DNA of 64,000 nt from Eledone cirrhosa (Eukaryota). The position numbers and the translations under genes were made by a program. Shown piece by piece: positions 42,201-55,641 of this stretch (position 1 is its first letter; every line of letters starts with the position of its first letter). The notes below the pieces were generated by a model that saw nothing but the letters and a program-made list of their open reading frames with translations, ran no database searches and was not told the DNA's origin. Location: assembly GCA_964016885.1 (NCBI GenBank), contig OZ024749.1, positions 20,274,001 through 20,338,000 on the forward strand. Direction: 5' to 3'.

Positions 42201-45200
42201 TAAAGGTGACAGACTGCTGAGGACCAGAGATGTGTTTTAACTGCTCAGTAAAGGTGACAGACTGCTGAGGACCAGAGATGTGTTTTAACTGCTCAGTAAA
42301 GGTGACAGACTGCTGAGGACCAGAGGTGTGTTTTAACTGCTCAGTAAAGGTGACAGACTGCTGAGGACCAGAGGTGTGTTTTAACTGTTCAGTTAAGGTG
42401 ACAGAATGCTGAGGACCAAATGTGTGTTTTAACTCCTCAGTAAAGGTGACAGACTGCTGAGGACCAGAGATGTGTTTTAACTGCTCAGTAAAGGTGACAG
42501 ACTGCTGAGGACCAGAGGTGTGTTTTAACTCCTCAGTTAAGGTGACAGACTACTGAGGACCAGAGGTGTGTTTTAACTGCTCAGTAAAGGTGACAGACTG
42601 CTGAGGACCAGAGATGTGTTTTAACTGCTCAGTAAAGGTGACAGACTACTGAGGACCAGAGATGTGTTTTAACTGTTCAGTAAAGGTGACAGACTGCTGA
42701 GGACCAGAGGTGTGTTTTAACTCCTCAGTAAAGGTGACAGACTGCTGAGGACCAGAGATGTGTTTTAACTGCTCAGTAAAGGTGACAGACTGCTGAGGAC
42801 CAGAGGTGTGTTTTAACTCCTCAGTTAATGTGACAGATTGCTGAGGACCAGAGGTGTGTTTTAACTCCTCAGTTAAGGTGACAGACTACTGAGGACCAGA
42901 GGTGTGTTTTAACTGCTCAGTAAAGGTGACAGACTGCTGAGGACCAGAGATGTGTTTTAACTGCTCAGTAAAGGTGACAGCCTGCTGAGGACCAGAGATG
43001 TGTTTTAACTGCTCAGTAAAGGTGACAGACTGCTGAGGACCAGAGGTGTGTTTTAACTCCTCAGTTAAGGTGACAGACTGCTGAGGACCAGAGATGTGTT
43101 TTAACTGCTCAGTAAAGGTGACAGACTGCTGAGGACCAGAGATGTGTTTTAACTGCTCAGTAAAGGTGACAGACTGCTGAGGACCAGAGGTGTGTTTTAA
43201 CTCCTCAGTTAAGGTGACAGACTACTGAGGACCAGAGGTGTGTTTTAACTGCTCAGTAAAGGTGATAGACTGCTGAGGACCAGAGATGTGTTTTAGCTGC
43301 TCAGTAAAGGTGACAGACTGCTGAGGACCAGAGATGTGTTTTAACTGCTCAGTAAAGGTGACAGACTGCTGGGGACCAGAGGTGTGTTTTAACTCCTTAG
43401 TAAAGGTGACAGACTGCTGAGGACCAGAGATGTGTTTTAACTGCTCAGTAAAGGTGACAGACTGCTGAGGAACAGAGGTGTGTTTTAACGCCTCAGTTAA
43501 GGTGACAGATTGCTGAGGACCAGAGGTGTGTTTTAACTCCTCAGTTAAGGTGACAGATTGCTGAGGACCAGAGGTGTGTTTTAACTCCTCAGTTAAGGTG
43601 ACAGATTGCTGAGGACCAGAGGTGTGTTTTAACTCCTCAGGTAAGGTGACAGATTGCTGAGGACCAGAGGTGTGTTTTAACTCCTCAGTTAAGGTGACAG
43701 ATTGCTGAGGACCAGAGGTGTGTTTTAACTGCTCAGTAAAGGTGACAGATTGCTGAGGACCAGAGGTGTGTTTTAACTCCTCAGTTAAGGTGACAGATTG
43801 CTGAGGACCAGAGGTGTGTTTTAACTGCTCAGTAAAGGTGACAGACTACTGAGGACCAGAGGTGTGTTTTAACTCCTCAGTTAAGGTGACAGACTACTGA
43901 GGACCAGAGGTGTGTTTTAACTCCTCAGTAAAGGTGACAGACTGCTGAGGACCAGAGGTGTGTTTTAACTGTTCAGTTAAGGTGACAGACTACTGAGGAC
44001 CAGAGGTGTGTTTTAACTGTTCAGTGAAGGTGACAGACTACTGAGGAACAGAGGTGTGTTTTAACTGTTCAGTTAAGGTGACAAACTACTGAGGACCAGA
44101 GGTGTGTTTTAACTGCTCAGTAAAGGTGACAGACTGCTGAGGACCAGAGGTGTGTTTTAACTGTTCAGTTAAGGTGACAGAATGCTGAGGACCAGAGGTG
44201 TGTTTTAACTCCTCAGTAAAGGTGACAGACTGCTGAGGACCAGAGGTGTGTTTTAACTGTTCAGTTAAGGTGACAGAATGCTGAGGACCAGAGGTGTGTT
44301 TTAACTCCTCAGTAAAGGTGACAGACTGCTGAGGACCAGAGGTGTGTTTTAACTGTTCAGTTAAGGTGACAGAATGCTGAGGACCAGAGGTGTGTTTTAA
44401 CTCCTCAGTAAAGGTGACAGACTGCTGAGGACCAGAGGTGTGTTTTAACTCCTCAGTAAAGGTGACAGACTGCTGAGGACCAGAGGTGTGTTTTAACTGT
44501 TCAGTTAAGGTGACAGAATGCTGAGGACCAGAGGTGTGTTTTAACTCCTCAGTAAAGGTGACAGACTGCTGAGGATCAGAGGTGTGTTTTAACTGTTCAG
44601 TTAAGGTGACAGAATGCTGAGGACCAGAGGTGTGTTTTAACTCCTCAGTAAAGGTGACAGACTGCTGAGGACCAGAGGTGTGTTTTAACTGTTCAGTTAA
44701 GGTGACAGAATGCTGAGGCCCAGAGGTGTGTTTTAACTCCTCAGTGAAGGTGACAGAATGCTGAGGACCAGAGGTGTGTTTTAACTCCTCAGTAAAGGTG
44801 ACAGACTGCTGAGGACCAGAGGTGTGTTTTAACTGTTCAGTTAAGGTGACAGAATGCTGAGGACCAGAGGTGTGTTTTAACTCCTCAGTGAAGGTGACAG
44901 AATGCTGAGGACCAGAGGTGTGTTTTAACTGCTCAGTTAAGGTGACAGACTACTGAGGACCAGAGGTGTGTTTTAACTCCTCAGTAAATGTGACAGACTA
45001 CTGAGGACCAGAGGTGTGTTTTAACTGCTCAGTAAAGGTGACAGACTGCTGAGGACCAGAGGTGTGTTTTAACTCCTCAGTAAAGGTGACAGACTGCTGA
45101 GGACCAGAGGTGTGTTTTAACTGTTCAGTTAAGGTGACAGACTACTGAGGACCAGAGGTGTGTTTTAACTGTTCAGTGAAGGTGACAGACTACTGAGGAA

Positions 45201-45919
45201 CAGAGGTGTGTTTTAACTGTTCAGTTAAGGTGACAAACTACTGAGGACCAGAGGTGTGTTTTAACTGCTCAGTAAAGGTGACAGACTGCTGAGGACCAGA
45301 GGTGTGTTTTAACTGTTCAGTTAAGGTGACAGAATGCTGAGGACCAGAGGTGTGTTTTAACTCCTCAGTAAAGGTGACAGACTGCTGAGGACCAGAGGTG
45401 TGTTTTAACTGTTCAGTTAAGGTGACAGAATGCTGAGGACCAGAGGTGTGTTTTAACTCCTCAGTAAAGGTGACAGACTGCTGAGGACCAGAGGTGTGTT
45501 TTAACTGTTCAGTTAAGGTGACAGAATGCTGAGGACCAGAGGTGTGTTTTAACTCCTCAGTTAAGGTGACAGACTACTGAGGACCAGAGGTGTGTTTTAA
45601 CTGCTCAGTAAAGGTGACAGACTGCTGAGGACCAGAGATGTGTTTTAACTGCTCAGTAAAGGTGACAGCCTGCTGAGGACCAGAGATGTGTTTTAACTGC
45701 TCAGTAAAGGTGACAGACTGCTGAGGACCAGAGGTGTGTTTTAACTCCTCAGTTAAGGTGACAGACTGTGGAGGACCAGAGATGTGTTTTAACTGCTCAG
45801 TAAAGGTGACAGACTGCTGAGGACCAGAGATGTGTTTTAACTGCTCAGTAAAGGTGACAGACTGCTGAGGACCAGAGGTGTGTTTTAACTCCTCAGTTAA
45901 GGTGACAGACTACTGAGGA

Positions 45920-45928
45920 CCAGGGTGT
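45920..45928 (+). other. 1-bp deletion in a monomer (CCAGGGTGT versus consensus CCAGAGGTGT)
   Basis: Array phase shifts by a further -1. Paralogous units in other copies of this block are intact. Confidence 0.9.
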
Positions 45929-46739
45929 GTTTTAACTGCTCAGTAAAGGTGATAGACTGCTGAGGACCAGAGATGTGTTTTAGCTGCTCAGTAAAGGTGA
46001 CAGACTGCTGAGGACCAGAGATGTGTTTTAACTGCTCAGTAAAGGTGACAGACTGCTGGGGACCAGAGGCGTGTTTTAACTCCTCAGTAAAGGTGACAGA
46101 CTGCTGAGGACCAGAGATGTGTTTTAACTGCTCAGTAAAGGTGACAGACTGCTGAGGAACAGAGGTGTGTTTTAACGCCTCAGTTAAGGTGACAGATTGC
46201 TGAGGACCAGAGGTGTGTTTTAACTCCTCAGTTAAGGTGACAGATTGCTGAGGACCAGAGGTGTGTTTTAACTCCTCAGTTAAGGTGACAGATTGCTGAG
46301 GACCAGAGGTGTGTTTTAACTCCTCAGGTAAGGTGACAGATTGCTGAGGACCAGAGGTGTGTTTTAACTCCTCAGTTAAGGTGACAGATTGCTGAGGACC
46401 AGAGGTGTGTTTTAACTGCTCAGTAAAGGTGACAGATTGCTGAGGACCAGAGGTGTGTTTTAACTCCTCAGTTAAGGTGACAGATTGCTGAGGACCAGAG
46501 GTGTGTTTTAACTGCTCAGTAAAGGTGACAGACTACTGAGGACCAGAGGTGTGTTTTAACTCCTCAGTTAAGGTGACAGACTACCGAGGACCAGAGGTGT
46601 GTTTTAACTCCTCAGTAAAGGTGACAGACTGCTGAGGACCAGAGGTGTGTTTTAACTGTTCAGTTAAGGTGACAGACTACTGAGGACCAGAGGTGTGTTT
46701 TAACTGTTCAGTGAAGGTGACAGACTACTGAGGAACAGA

Positions 46740-49700
46740 GGTGTGTTTTAACTCCTCAGTAAAGGTGACAGACTGCTGAGGACCAGAGGTGTGTTTTAAC
46801 TGTTCAGTTAAGGTGACAGAATGCTGAGGACCAGAGGTGTGTTTTAACTCCTCAGTAAAGGTGACAGACTGCTGAGGACCAGAGGTGTGTTTTAACTGTT
46901 CAGTTAAGGTGACAGAATGCTGAGGACCAGAGGTGTGTTTTAACTCCTCAGTAAAGGTGACAGACTGCTGAGGACCAGAGGTGTGTTTTAACTCCTCAGT
47001 AAAGGTGACAGACTGCTGAGGACCAGAGGTGTGTTTTAACTGTTCAGTTAAGGTGACAGAATGCTGAGGACCAGAGGTGTGTTTTAACTCCTCAGTAAAG
47101 GTGACAGACTGCTGAGGACCAGAGGTGTGTTTTAACTGTTCAGTTAAGGTGACAGAATGCTGAGGACCAGAGGTGTGTTTTAACTCCTCAGTAAAGGTGA
47201 CAGACTGCTGAGGACCAGAGGTGTGTTTTAACTGTTCAGTTAAGGTGACAGAATGCTGAGGACCAGAGGTGTGTTTTAACTCCTCAGTGAAGGTGACAGA
47301 ATGCTGAGGACCAGAGGTGTGTTTTAACTCCTCAGTAAAGGTGACAGACTGCTGAGGACCAGAGGTGTGTTTTAACTGTTCAGTTAAGGTGACAGAATGC
47401 TGAGGACCAGAGGTGTGTTTTAACTCCTCAGTGAAGGTGACAGAATGCTGAGGACCAGAGGTGTGTTTTAACTGCTCAGTTAAGGTGACAGACTACTGAG
47501 GACCAGAGGTGTGTTTTAACTCCTCAGTAAATGTGACAGACTACTGAGGACCAGAGGTGTGTTTTAACTCCTCAGTAAAGGTGACAGACTGCTGAGGACC
47601 AGAGGTGTGTTTTAACTGTTCAGTTAAGGTGACAGACTACTGAGGACCTGAGGTGTGTTTTAACTGTTCAGTGAAGGTGACAGACTACTGAGGAACAGAG
47701 GTGTGTTTTAACTGTTCAGTTAAGGTGACAAACTACTGAGGACCAGAGGTGTGTTTTAACTGCTCAGTAAAGGTGACAGACTGCTGAGGACCAGAGGTGT
47801 GTTTTAACTGTTCAGTTAAGGTGACAGAATGCTGAGGACCAGAGGTGTGTTTTAACTCCTCAGTAAAGGTGACAGACTGCTGAGGACCAGAGGTGTGTTT
47901 TAACTGTTCAGTTAAGGTGACAGAATGCTGAGGACCAGAGGTGTGTTTTAACTCCTCAGTAAAGGTGACAGACTGCTGAGGACCAGAGGTGTGTTTTAAC
48001 TGTTCAGTTAAGGTGACAGAATGCTGAGGACCAGAGGTGTGTTTTAACTCCTCAGTAAAGGTGACAGACTGCTGAGGACCAGAGGTGTGTTTTAACTCCT
48101 CAGTAAAGGTGACAGACTGCTGAGGACCAGAGGTGTGTTTTAACTGTTCAGTTAAGGTGACAGAATGCTGAGGACCAGAGGTGTGTTTTAACTCCTCAGT
48201 AAAGGTGACAGACTGCTGAGGACCAGAGGTGTGTTTTAACTGTTCAGTTAAGGTGACAGAATGCTGAGGACCAGAGGTGTGTTTTAACTCCTCAGTAAAG
48301 GTGACAGACTGCTGAGGACCAGAGGTGTGTTTTAACTGTTCAGTTAAGGTGACAGAATGCTGAGGACCAGAGGTGTGTTTTAACTCCTCAGTGAAGGTGA
48401 CAGAATGCTGAGGACCAGAGGTGTGTTTTAACTCCTCAGTAAAGGTGACAGACTGCTGGGGACCAGAGGTGTGTTTTAACTGTTCAGTTAAGGTGACAGA
48501 ATGCTGAGGACCAGAGGTGTGTTTTAACTCCTCAGTGAAGGTGACAGAATGCTGAGGACCAGAGGTGTGTTTTAACTGCTCAGTTAAGGTGACAGACTAC
48601 TGAGGACCAGAGGTGTGTTTTAACTCCTCAGTAAATGTGACAGACTACTGAGGAACAGGGGTGTGTTTTAACTGTTCAGTTAAGGTGACAGATTGCTGAG
48701 GACCAGAGGTGTGTTTTAACTCCTCAGTTAAGGTGACAGACTGCTGAGGACCAGAGGTGTGTTTTAACTCCTCAGTTAAGGTGACAGATTGCTGAGGAAC
48801 AGAGGTGTGTTTTAACTCCTCAGTTAAGGTGACAGACTGCTGAGGAACAGGGGTGTGTTTTAACTGTTCAGTTAAGGTGACAGATTGTTGAGGACCAGAG
48901 GTGTGTTTTAACTCCTCAGTGAAGGTGTCAGACTACTGAGGACCAGAGGTGTGTTTTAACTGTTCAGTTAAGGTGACAGAATGCTGAGGACCAGAGGTGT
49001 GTTTTAACTGTTCAGTTAAGGTGTCAGACTACTGAGGACCAGAGGTGTGTTTTAACTGTTCAGTTAAGGTGTCAGACTACTGAGGACCAGAGGTGTGTTT
49101 TAACTGCTCAGTTAAGGTGACAGATTGCTGAGGACCAGAGGTGTGTTTTAACTCCTCAGTGAAGGTGACAGACTACTGAGGACCAGAGGTGTGTTTTAAC
49201 TGCTCAGTAAAGGTGACAGACTACTGAGGACCAGAGCTTTGTTTTAACTCCTCAGTTAAGGTGACAGACTACTGAGGACCAGAGGTGTGTTTTAACTCCT
49301 CAGTAAAGATGACAGACTGCTGAGGACCAGAGGTGTGTTTTAACTCCTCAGTAAAGATGACAGACTGCTGAGGACCAGAGGTGTGTTTTAACTCCTCAGT
49401 AAAGGTGACAGACTGCTGAGGACCAGAGGTGTGTTTTAACTCCTCAGTTAAGGTGACAGACTACTGAGGACCAGAGGTGTGTTTTAACTCCTCAGTAAAT
49501 GTGACAGACTGCTGAGGACCAGAGGTGTTTTTTAACTCCTCAGTAAAGGTGATAGACTGCTGAGGACCAGAGGTGTGTTTTAACGGCTCAGTAAAGGTGA
49601 CAGACTGCTGAGGACCAGAGGTGTGTTTTAACTCCTCAGTAAAGGTGACAGACTGCTGAGGACCAGAGGTGTGTTTTAACTCCTCAGTTAAGGTGACAGA

Positions 49701-52700
49701 CTACTGAGGACCAGAGGTGTGTTTTAACTCCTCAGTTAAGGTGACAGACTGCTGAGGACCAGAGGTGTGTTTTAACTGCTCATTGAAGGTGACAGACTAC
49801 TGAGGACCAGAGGTGTGTTTTAACTGCTCAGTTAAGGTGACAGACTACTGAGGAACAGAGGTGTGTTTTAACTGCTCAGTTAAGGTGACAGACTACTGAG
49901 GAACAGAGGTGTGTTTTAACTGCTCAGTTAAGGTGACAGACTACTGAGGAAAAGAGGTGTGTTTTAACTCCTCAGTTAAGGTGACAGACTACTGAGGACC
50001 AGAGGTGTGTTTTAACTCCTCAGTTAAGGTGTCAGACTACTGAGGACCAGAGGTGTGTTTTAACTGTTCAGTTAAGGTGACAGACTGCTGAGGAACAGAG
50101 GTGTGTTTTAACTGTTCAGTTAAGGTGACAGATTGCTGAGGACCAGAGGTGTGTTTTAACTGTTCAGTTAAGGTGACACATTGCTGAGGACCAGAGGTGT
50201 GTTTTAACTGTTCAGTTAAGGTGACAGATTGCTGAGGACCAGAGGTGTGTTTTAACTCCTCAGTAAAGGTGACAGACTACTGAGGACCAGAGGTGTGTTT
50301 TAACTGTTCAGTTAAGGTGACAGAATACTGAGGACCAGAGGTGTGTTTTAACTCCTCAGTTAAGGTGACAGACTACTGAGGACCAGAGGTGTGTTTTAAC
50401 TCCTCAGTTAAGGTGTCAGACTACCGAGGAACAGAGGTGTGTTTTAACTCCTCAGTAAAGGTGACAGACTACTGAGGACCAGAGGTGTGTTTTAACTGCT
50501 CAGTAAAGGTGACAGACTGCTGAGGACCAGAGATGTGTTTTAACTGCTCAGTAAAGGTGACAGACTACTGAGGACCAGAGATGTGTTTTAACTGCTCAGT
50601 AAAGGTGACAGACTGCTGAGGACCAGAGGTGTGTTTTAACTCCTCAGTAAAGGTGACAGACTGCTGAGGACCAGAGATGTGTTTTAACTGCTCAGTAAAG
50701 GTGACAGACTGCTGAGGACCAGAGGTTTGTTTTAACTCCTCAGTTAAGGTGACAGATTGCTGAGGACCAGAGGTGTGTTTTAACTCCTCAGTTAAGGTGA
50801 CAGATTGCTGAGGACCAGAGGTGTGTTTTAACTGCTCAGTAAAGGTGACAGACTACTGAGGACCAGAGGTGTGTTTTAACTCCTCAGTTAAGGTGACAGA
50901 CTACTGAGGACCAGAGGTGTGTTTTAACTCCTCAGTAAAGGTGACAGACTGCTGAGGACCAGAGGTGTGTTTTAACTGTTCAGTTAAGGTGACAGACTAC
51001 TGAGGACCAGAGGTGTGTTTTAACTGTTCAGTGAAGGTGACAGACTACTGAGGAACAGAGGTGTGTTTTAACTGTTCAGTTAAGGTGACAAACTACTGAG
51101 GACCAGAGGTGTGTTTTAACTGCTCAGTAAAGGTGACAGACTGCTGAGGACCAGAGGTGTGTTTTAACTGTTCAGTTAAGGTGACAGAATGCTGAGGACC
51201 AGAGGTGTGTTTTAACTCCTCAGTAAAGGTGACTGACTGCTGAGGACCAGAGGTGTGTTTTAACTGTTCAGTTAAGGTGACAGAATGCTGAGGACCAGAG
51301 GTGTGTTTTAACTCCTCAGTAAAGGTGACAGACTGCTGAGGACCAGAGGTGTGTTTTAACTGTTCAGTTAAGGTGACAGAATGCTGAGGACCAGAGGTGT
51401 GTTTTAACTCCTCAGTAAAGGTGACAGACTGCTGAGGACCAGAGGTGTGTTTTAACTCCTCAGTAAAGGTGACAGACTGCTGAGGACCAGAGGTGTGTTT
51501 TAACTGTTCAGTTAAGGTGACAGAATGCTGAGGACCAGAGGTGTGTTTTAACTCCTCAGTAAAGGTGACAGACTGCTGAGGACCAGAGGTGTGTTTTAAC
51601 TGTTCAGTTAAGGTGACAGAATGCTGAGGACCAGAGGTGTGTTTTAACTCCTCAGTAAAGGTGACAGACTGCTGAGGACCAGAGGTGTGTTTTAACTGTT
51701 CAGTTAAGGTGACAGAATGCTGAGGACCAGAGGTGTGTTTTAACTCCTCAGTGAAGGTGACAGAATGCTGAGGACCAGAGGTGTGTTTTAACTCCTCAGT
51801 AAAGGTGACAGACTGCTGAGGACCAGAGGTGTGTTTTAACTGTTCAGTTAAGGTGACAGAATGCTGAGGACCAGAGGTGTGTTTTAACTCCTCAGTGAAG
51901 GTGACAGAATGCTGAGGACCAGAGGTGTGTTTTAACTGCTCAGTTAAGGTGACAGACTACTGAGGACCAGAGGTGTGTTTTAACTCCTCAGTAAATGTGA
52001 CAGACTACTGAGGACCAGAGGTGTGTTTTAACTCCTCAGTAAAGGTGACAGACTGCTGAGGACCAGAGGTGTGTTTTAACTGTTCAGTTAAGGTGACAGA
52101 CTACTGAGGACCAGAGGTGTGTTTTAACTGTTCAGTGAAGGTGACAGACTACTGAGGAACAGAGGTGTGTTTTAACTGTTCAGTTAAGGTGACAAACTAC
52201 TGAGGACCAGAGGTGTGTTTTAACTGCTCAGTAAAGGTGACAGACTGCTGAGGACCAGAGGTGTGTTTTAACTGTTCAGTTAAGGTGACAGAATGCTGAG
52301 GACCAGAGGTGTGTTTTAACTCCTCAGTTAAGGTGACAGACTGCTGAGGACCAGAGGTGTGTTTTAACTGTTCAGTTAAGGTGACAGAATGCTGAGGACC
52401 AGAGGTGTGTTTTAACTCCTCAGTAAAGGTGACAGACTGCTGAGGACCAGAGGTGTGTTTTAACTGTTCAGTTAAGGTGACAGAATGCTGAGGACCAGAG
52501 GTGTGTTTTAACTCCTCAGTAAAGGTGACAGACTGCTGAGGACCAGAGGTGTGTTTTAACTCCTCAGTAAAGGTGACAGACTGCTGAGGACCAGAGGTGT
52601 GTTTTAACTGTTCAGTTAAGGTGACAGAATGCTGAGGACCAGAGGTGTGTTTTAACTCCTCAGTAAAGGTGACAGACTGCTGAGGACCAGAGGTGTGTTT

Positions 52701-55265
52701 TAACTGTTCAGTTAAGGTGACAGAATGCTGAGGACCAGAGGTGTGTTTTAACTCCTCAGTAAAGGTGACAGACTGCTGAGGACCAGAGGTGTGTTTTAAC
52801 TGTTCAGTTAAGGTGACAGAATGCTGAGGACCAGAGGTGTGTTTTAACTCCTCAGTGAAGGTGACAGAATGCTGAGGACCAGAGGTGTGTTTTAACTCCT
52901 CAGTAAAGGTGACAGACTGCTGGGGACCAGAGGTGTGTTTTAACTGTTCAGTTAAGGTGACAGAATGCTGAGGACCAGAGGTGTGTTTTAACTCCTCAGT
53001 GAAGGTGACAGAATGCTGAGGACCAGAGGTGTGTTTTAACTGCTCAGTTAAGGTGACAGACTACTGAGGACCAGAGGTGTGTTTTAACTCCTCAGTAAAT
53101 GTGACAGACTACTGAGGAACAGGGGTGTGTTTTAACTGTTCAGTTCAGGTGACAGATTGCTGAGGACCAGAGGTGTGTTTTAACTCCTCAGTTAAGGTGA
53201 CAGACTGCTGAGGACCAGAGGTGTGTTTTAACTCCTCAGTTAAGGTGACAGATTGCTGAGGAACAGAGGTGTGTTTTAACTCCTCAGTTAAGGTGACAGA
53301 CTGCTGAGGAACAGGGGTGTGTTTTAACTGTTCAGTTAAGGTGACAGATTGTTGAGGACCAGAGGTGTGTTTTAACTCCTCAGTGAAGGTGTCAGACTAC
53401 TGAGGACCAGAGGTGTGTTTTAACTGTTCAGTTAAGGTGACAGAATGCTGAGGACCAGAGGTGTGTTTTAACTGTTCAGTTAAGGTGTCAGACTACTGAG
53501 GACCAGAGGTGTGTTTTAACTGTTCAGTTAAGGTGTCAGACTACTGAGGACCAGAGGTGTGTTTTAACTGCTCAGTTAAGGTGACAGATTGCTGAGGACC
53601 AGAGGTGTGTTTTAACTCCTCAGTGAAGGTGACAGACTACTGAGGACCAGAGGTGTGTTTTAACTGCTCAGTAAAGGTGACAGACTACTGAGGACCAGAG
53701 CTTTGTTTTAACTCCTCAGTTAAGGTGACAGACTACTGAGGACCAGAGGTGTGTTTTAACTCCTCAGTAAAGATGACAGACTGCTGAGGACCAGAGGTGT
53801 GTTTTAACTCCTCAGTAAAGATGACAGACTGCTGAGGACCAGAGGTGTGTTTTAACTCCTCAGTAAAGGTGACAGACTGCTGAGGACCAGAGGTGTGTTT
53901 TAACTCCTCAGTTAAGGTGACAGACTACTGAGGACCAGAGGTGTGTTTTAACTCCTCAGTAAATGTGACAGACTGCTGAGGACCAGAGGTGTTTTTTAAC
54001 TCCTCAGTAAAGGTGATAGACTGCTGAGGACCAGAGGTGTGTTTTAACGGCTCAGTAAAGGTGACAGACTGCTGAGGACCAGAGGTGTGTTTTAACTCCT
54101 CAGTAAAGGTGACAGACTGCTGAGGACCAGAGGTGTGTTTTAACTCCTCAGTTAAGGTGACAGACTACTGAGGACCAGAGGTGTGTTTTAACTCCTCAGT
54201 TAAGGTGACAGACTGCTGAGGACCAGAGGTGTGTTTTAACTGCTCATTGAAGGTGACAGACTACTGAGGACCAGAGGTGTGTTTTAACTGCTCAGTTAAG
54301 GTGACAGACTACTGAGGAACAGAGGTGTGTTTTAACTGCTCAGTTAAGGTGACAGACTACTGAGGAACAGAGGTGTGTTTTAACTGCTCAGTTAAGGTGA
54401 CAGACTACTGAGGAAAAGAGGTGTGTTTTAACTCCTCAGTTAAGGTGACAGACTACTGAGGACCAGAGGTGTGTTTTAACTCCTCAGTTAAGGTGTCAGA
54501 CTACTGAGGACCAGAGGTGTGTTTTAACTGTTCAGTTAAGGTGACAGACTGCTGAGGAACAGAGGTGTGTTTTAACTGTTCAGTTAAGGTGACAGATTGC
54601 TGAGGACCAGAGGTGTGTTTTAACTGTTCAGTTAAGGTGACACATTGCTGAGGACCAGAGGTGTGTTTTAACTGTTCAGTTAAGGTGACAGATTGCTGAG
54701 GACCAGAGGTGTGTTTTAACTCCTCAGTAAAGGTGACAGACTACTGAGGACCAGAGGTGTGTTTTAACTGTTCAGTTAAGGTGACAGAATACTGAGGACC
54801 AGAGGTGTGTTTTAACTCCTCAGTTAAGGTGACAGACTACTGAGGACCAGAGGTGTGTTTTAACTCCTCAGTTAAGGTGTCAGACTACCGAGGAACAGAG
54901 GTGTGTTTTAACTCCTCAGTAAAGGTGACAGACTACTGAGGACCAGAGGTGTGTTTTAACTGCTCAGTAAAGGTGACAGACTGCTGAGGACCAGAGATGT
55001 GTTTTAACTGCTCAGTAAAGGTGACAGACTACTGAGGACCAGAAATGTGTTTTAACTGCTCAGTAAAGGTGACAGACTGCTGAGGACCAGAGGTGTGTTT
55101 TAACTCCTCAGTAAAGGTGACAGACTGCTGAGGACCAGAGATGTGTTTTAACTGCTCAGTAAAGGTGACAGACTGCTGAGGACCAGAGGTTTGTTTTAAC
55201 TCCTCAGTTAAGGTGACAGATTGCTGAGGACCAGAGGTGTGTTTTAACTCCTCAGTTAAGGTGAC
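46740..55265 (+). repeat. Higher-order duplication (about 46740-50800 and 51205-55265), offset 4464 bp (93 monomers)
   Basis: AAATGTG at 47529/51993, TGGGGAC at 48457/52921, GAGCTTTG at 49237/53701, AGGAAAAG at 49947/54411. Confidence 0.9.
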
Positions 55266-55641
55266 AGACTACTGAGGACCAGAGGTGTGTTTTAACTGCT
55301 CAGTAAAGGTGACAGACTGCTGAGGACCAGAGATGTGTTTTAACTGCTCAGTAAAGGTGACAGACTGCTGAGGACCAGAGATGTGTTTTAACTGCTCAGT
55401 AAAGGTGACAGACTGCTGAGGACCAGAGGTGTGTTTTAACTGCTCAGCAAAGGTGACAGACTGCTGAGGACCAGAGGTGTGTTTTAACTGTTCAGTTAAG
55501 GTGACAGAATGCTGAGGACCAGAGGTGTGTTTTAACTCCTCAGTAAAGGTGACAGACTGCTGAGGACCAGAGATGTGTTTTAACTGCTCAGTAAAGGTGA
55601 CAGACTGCTGAGGACCAGAGGTGTGTTTTAACTCCTCAGTT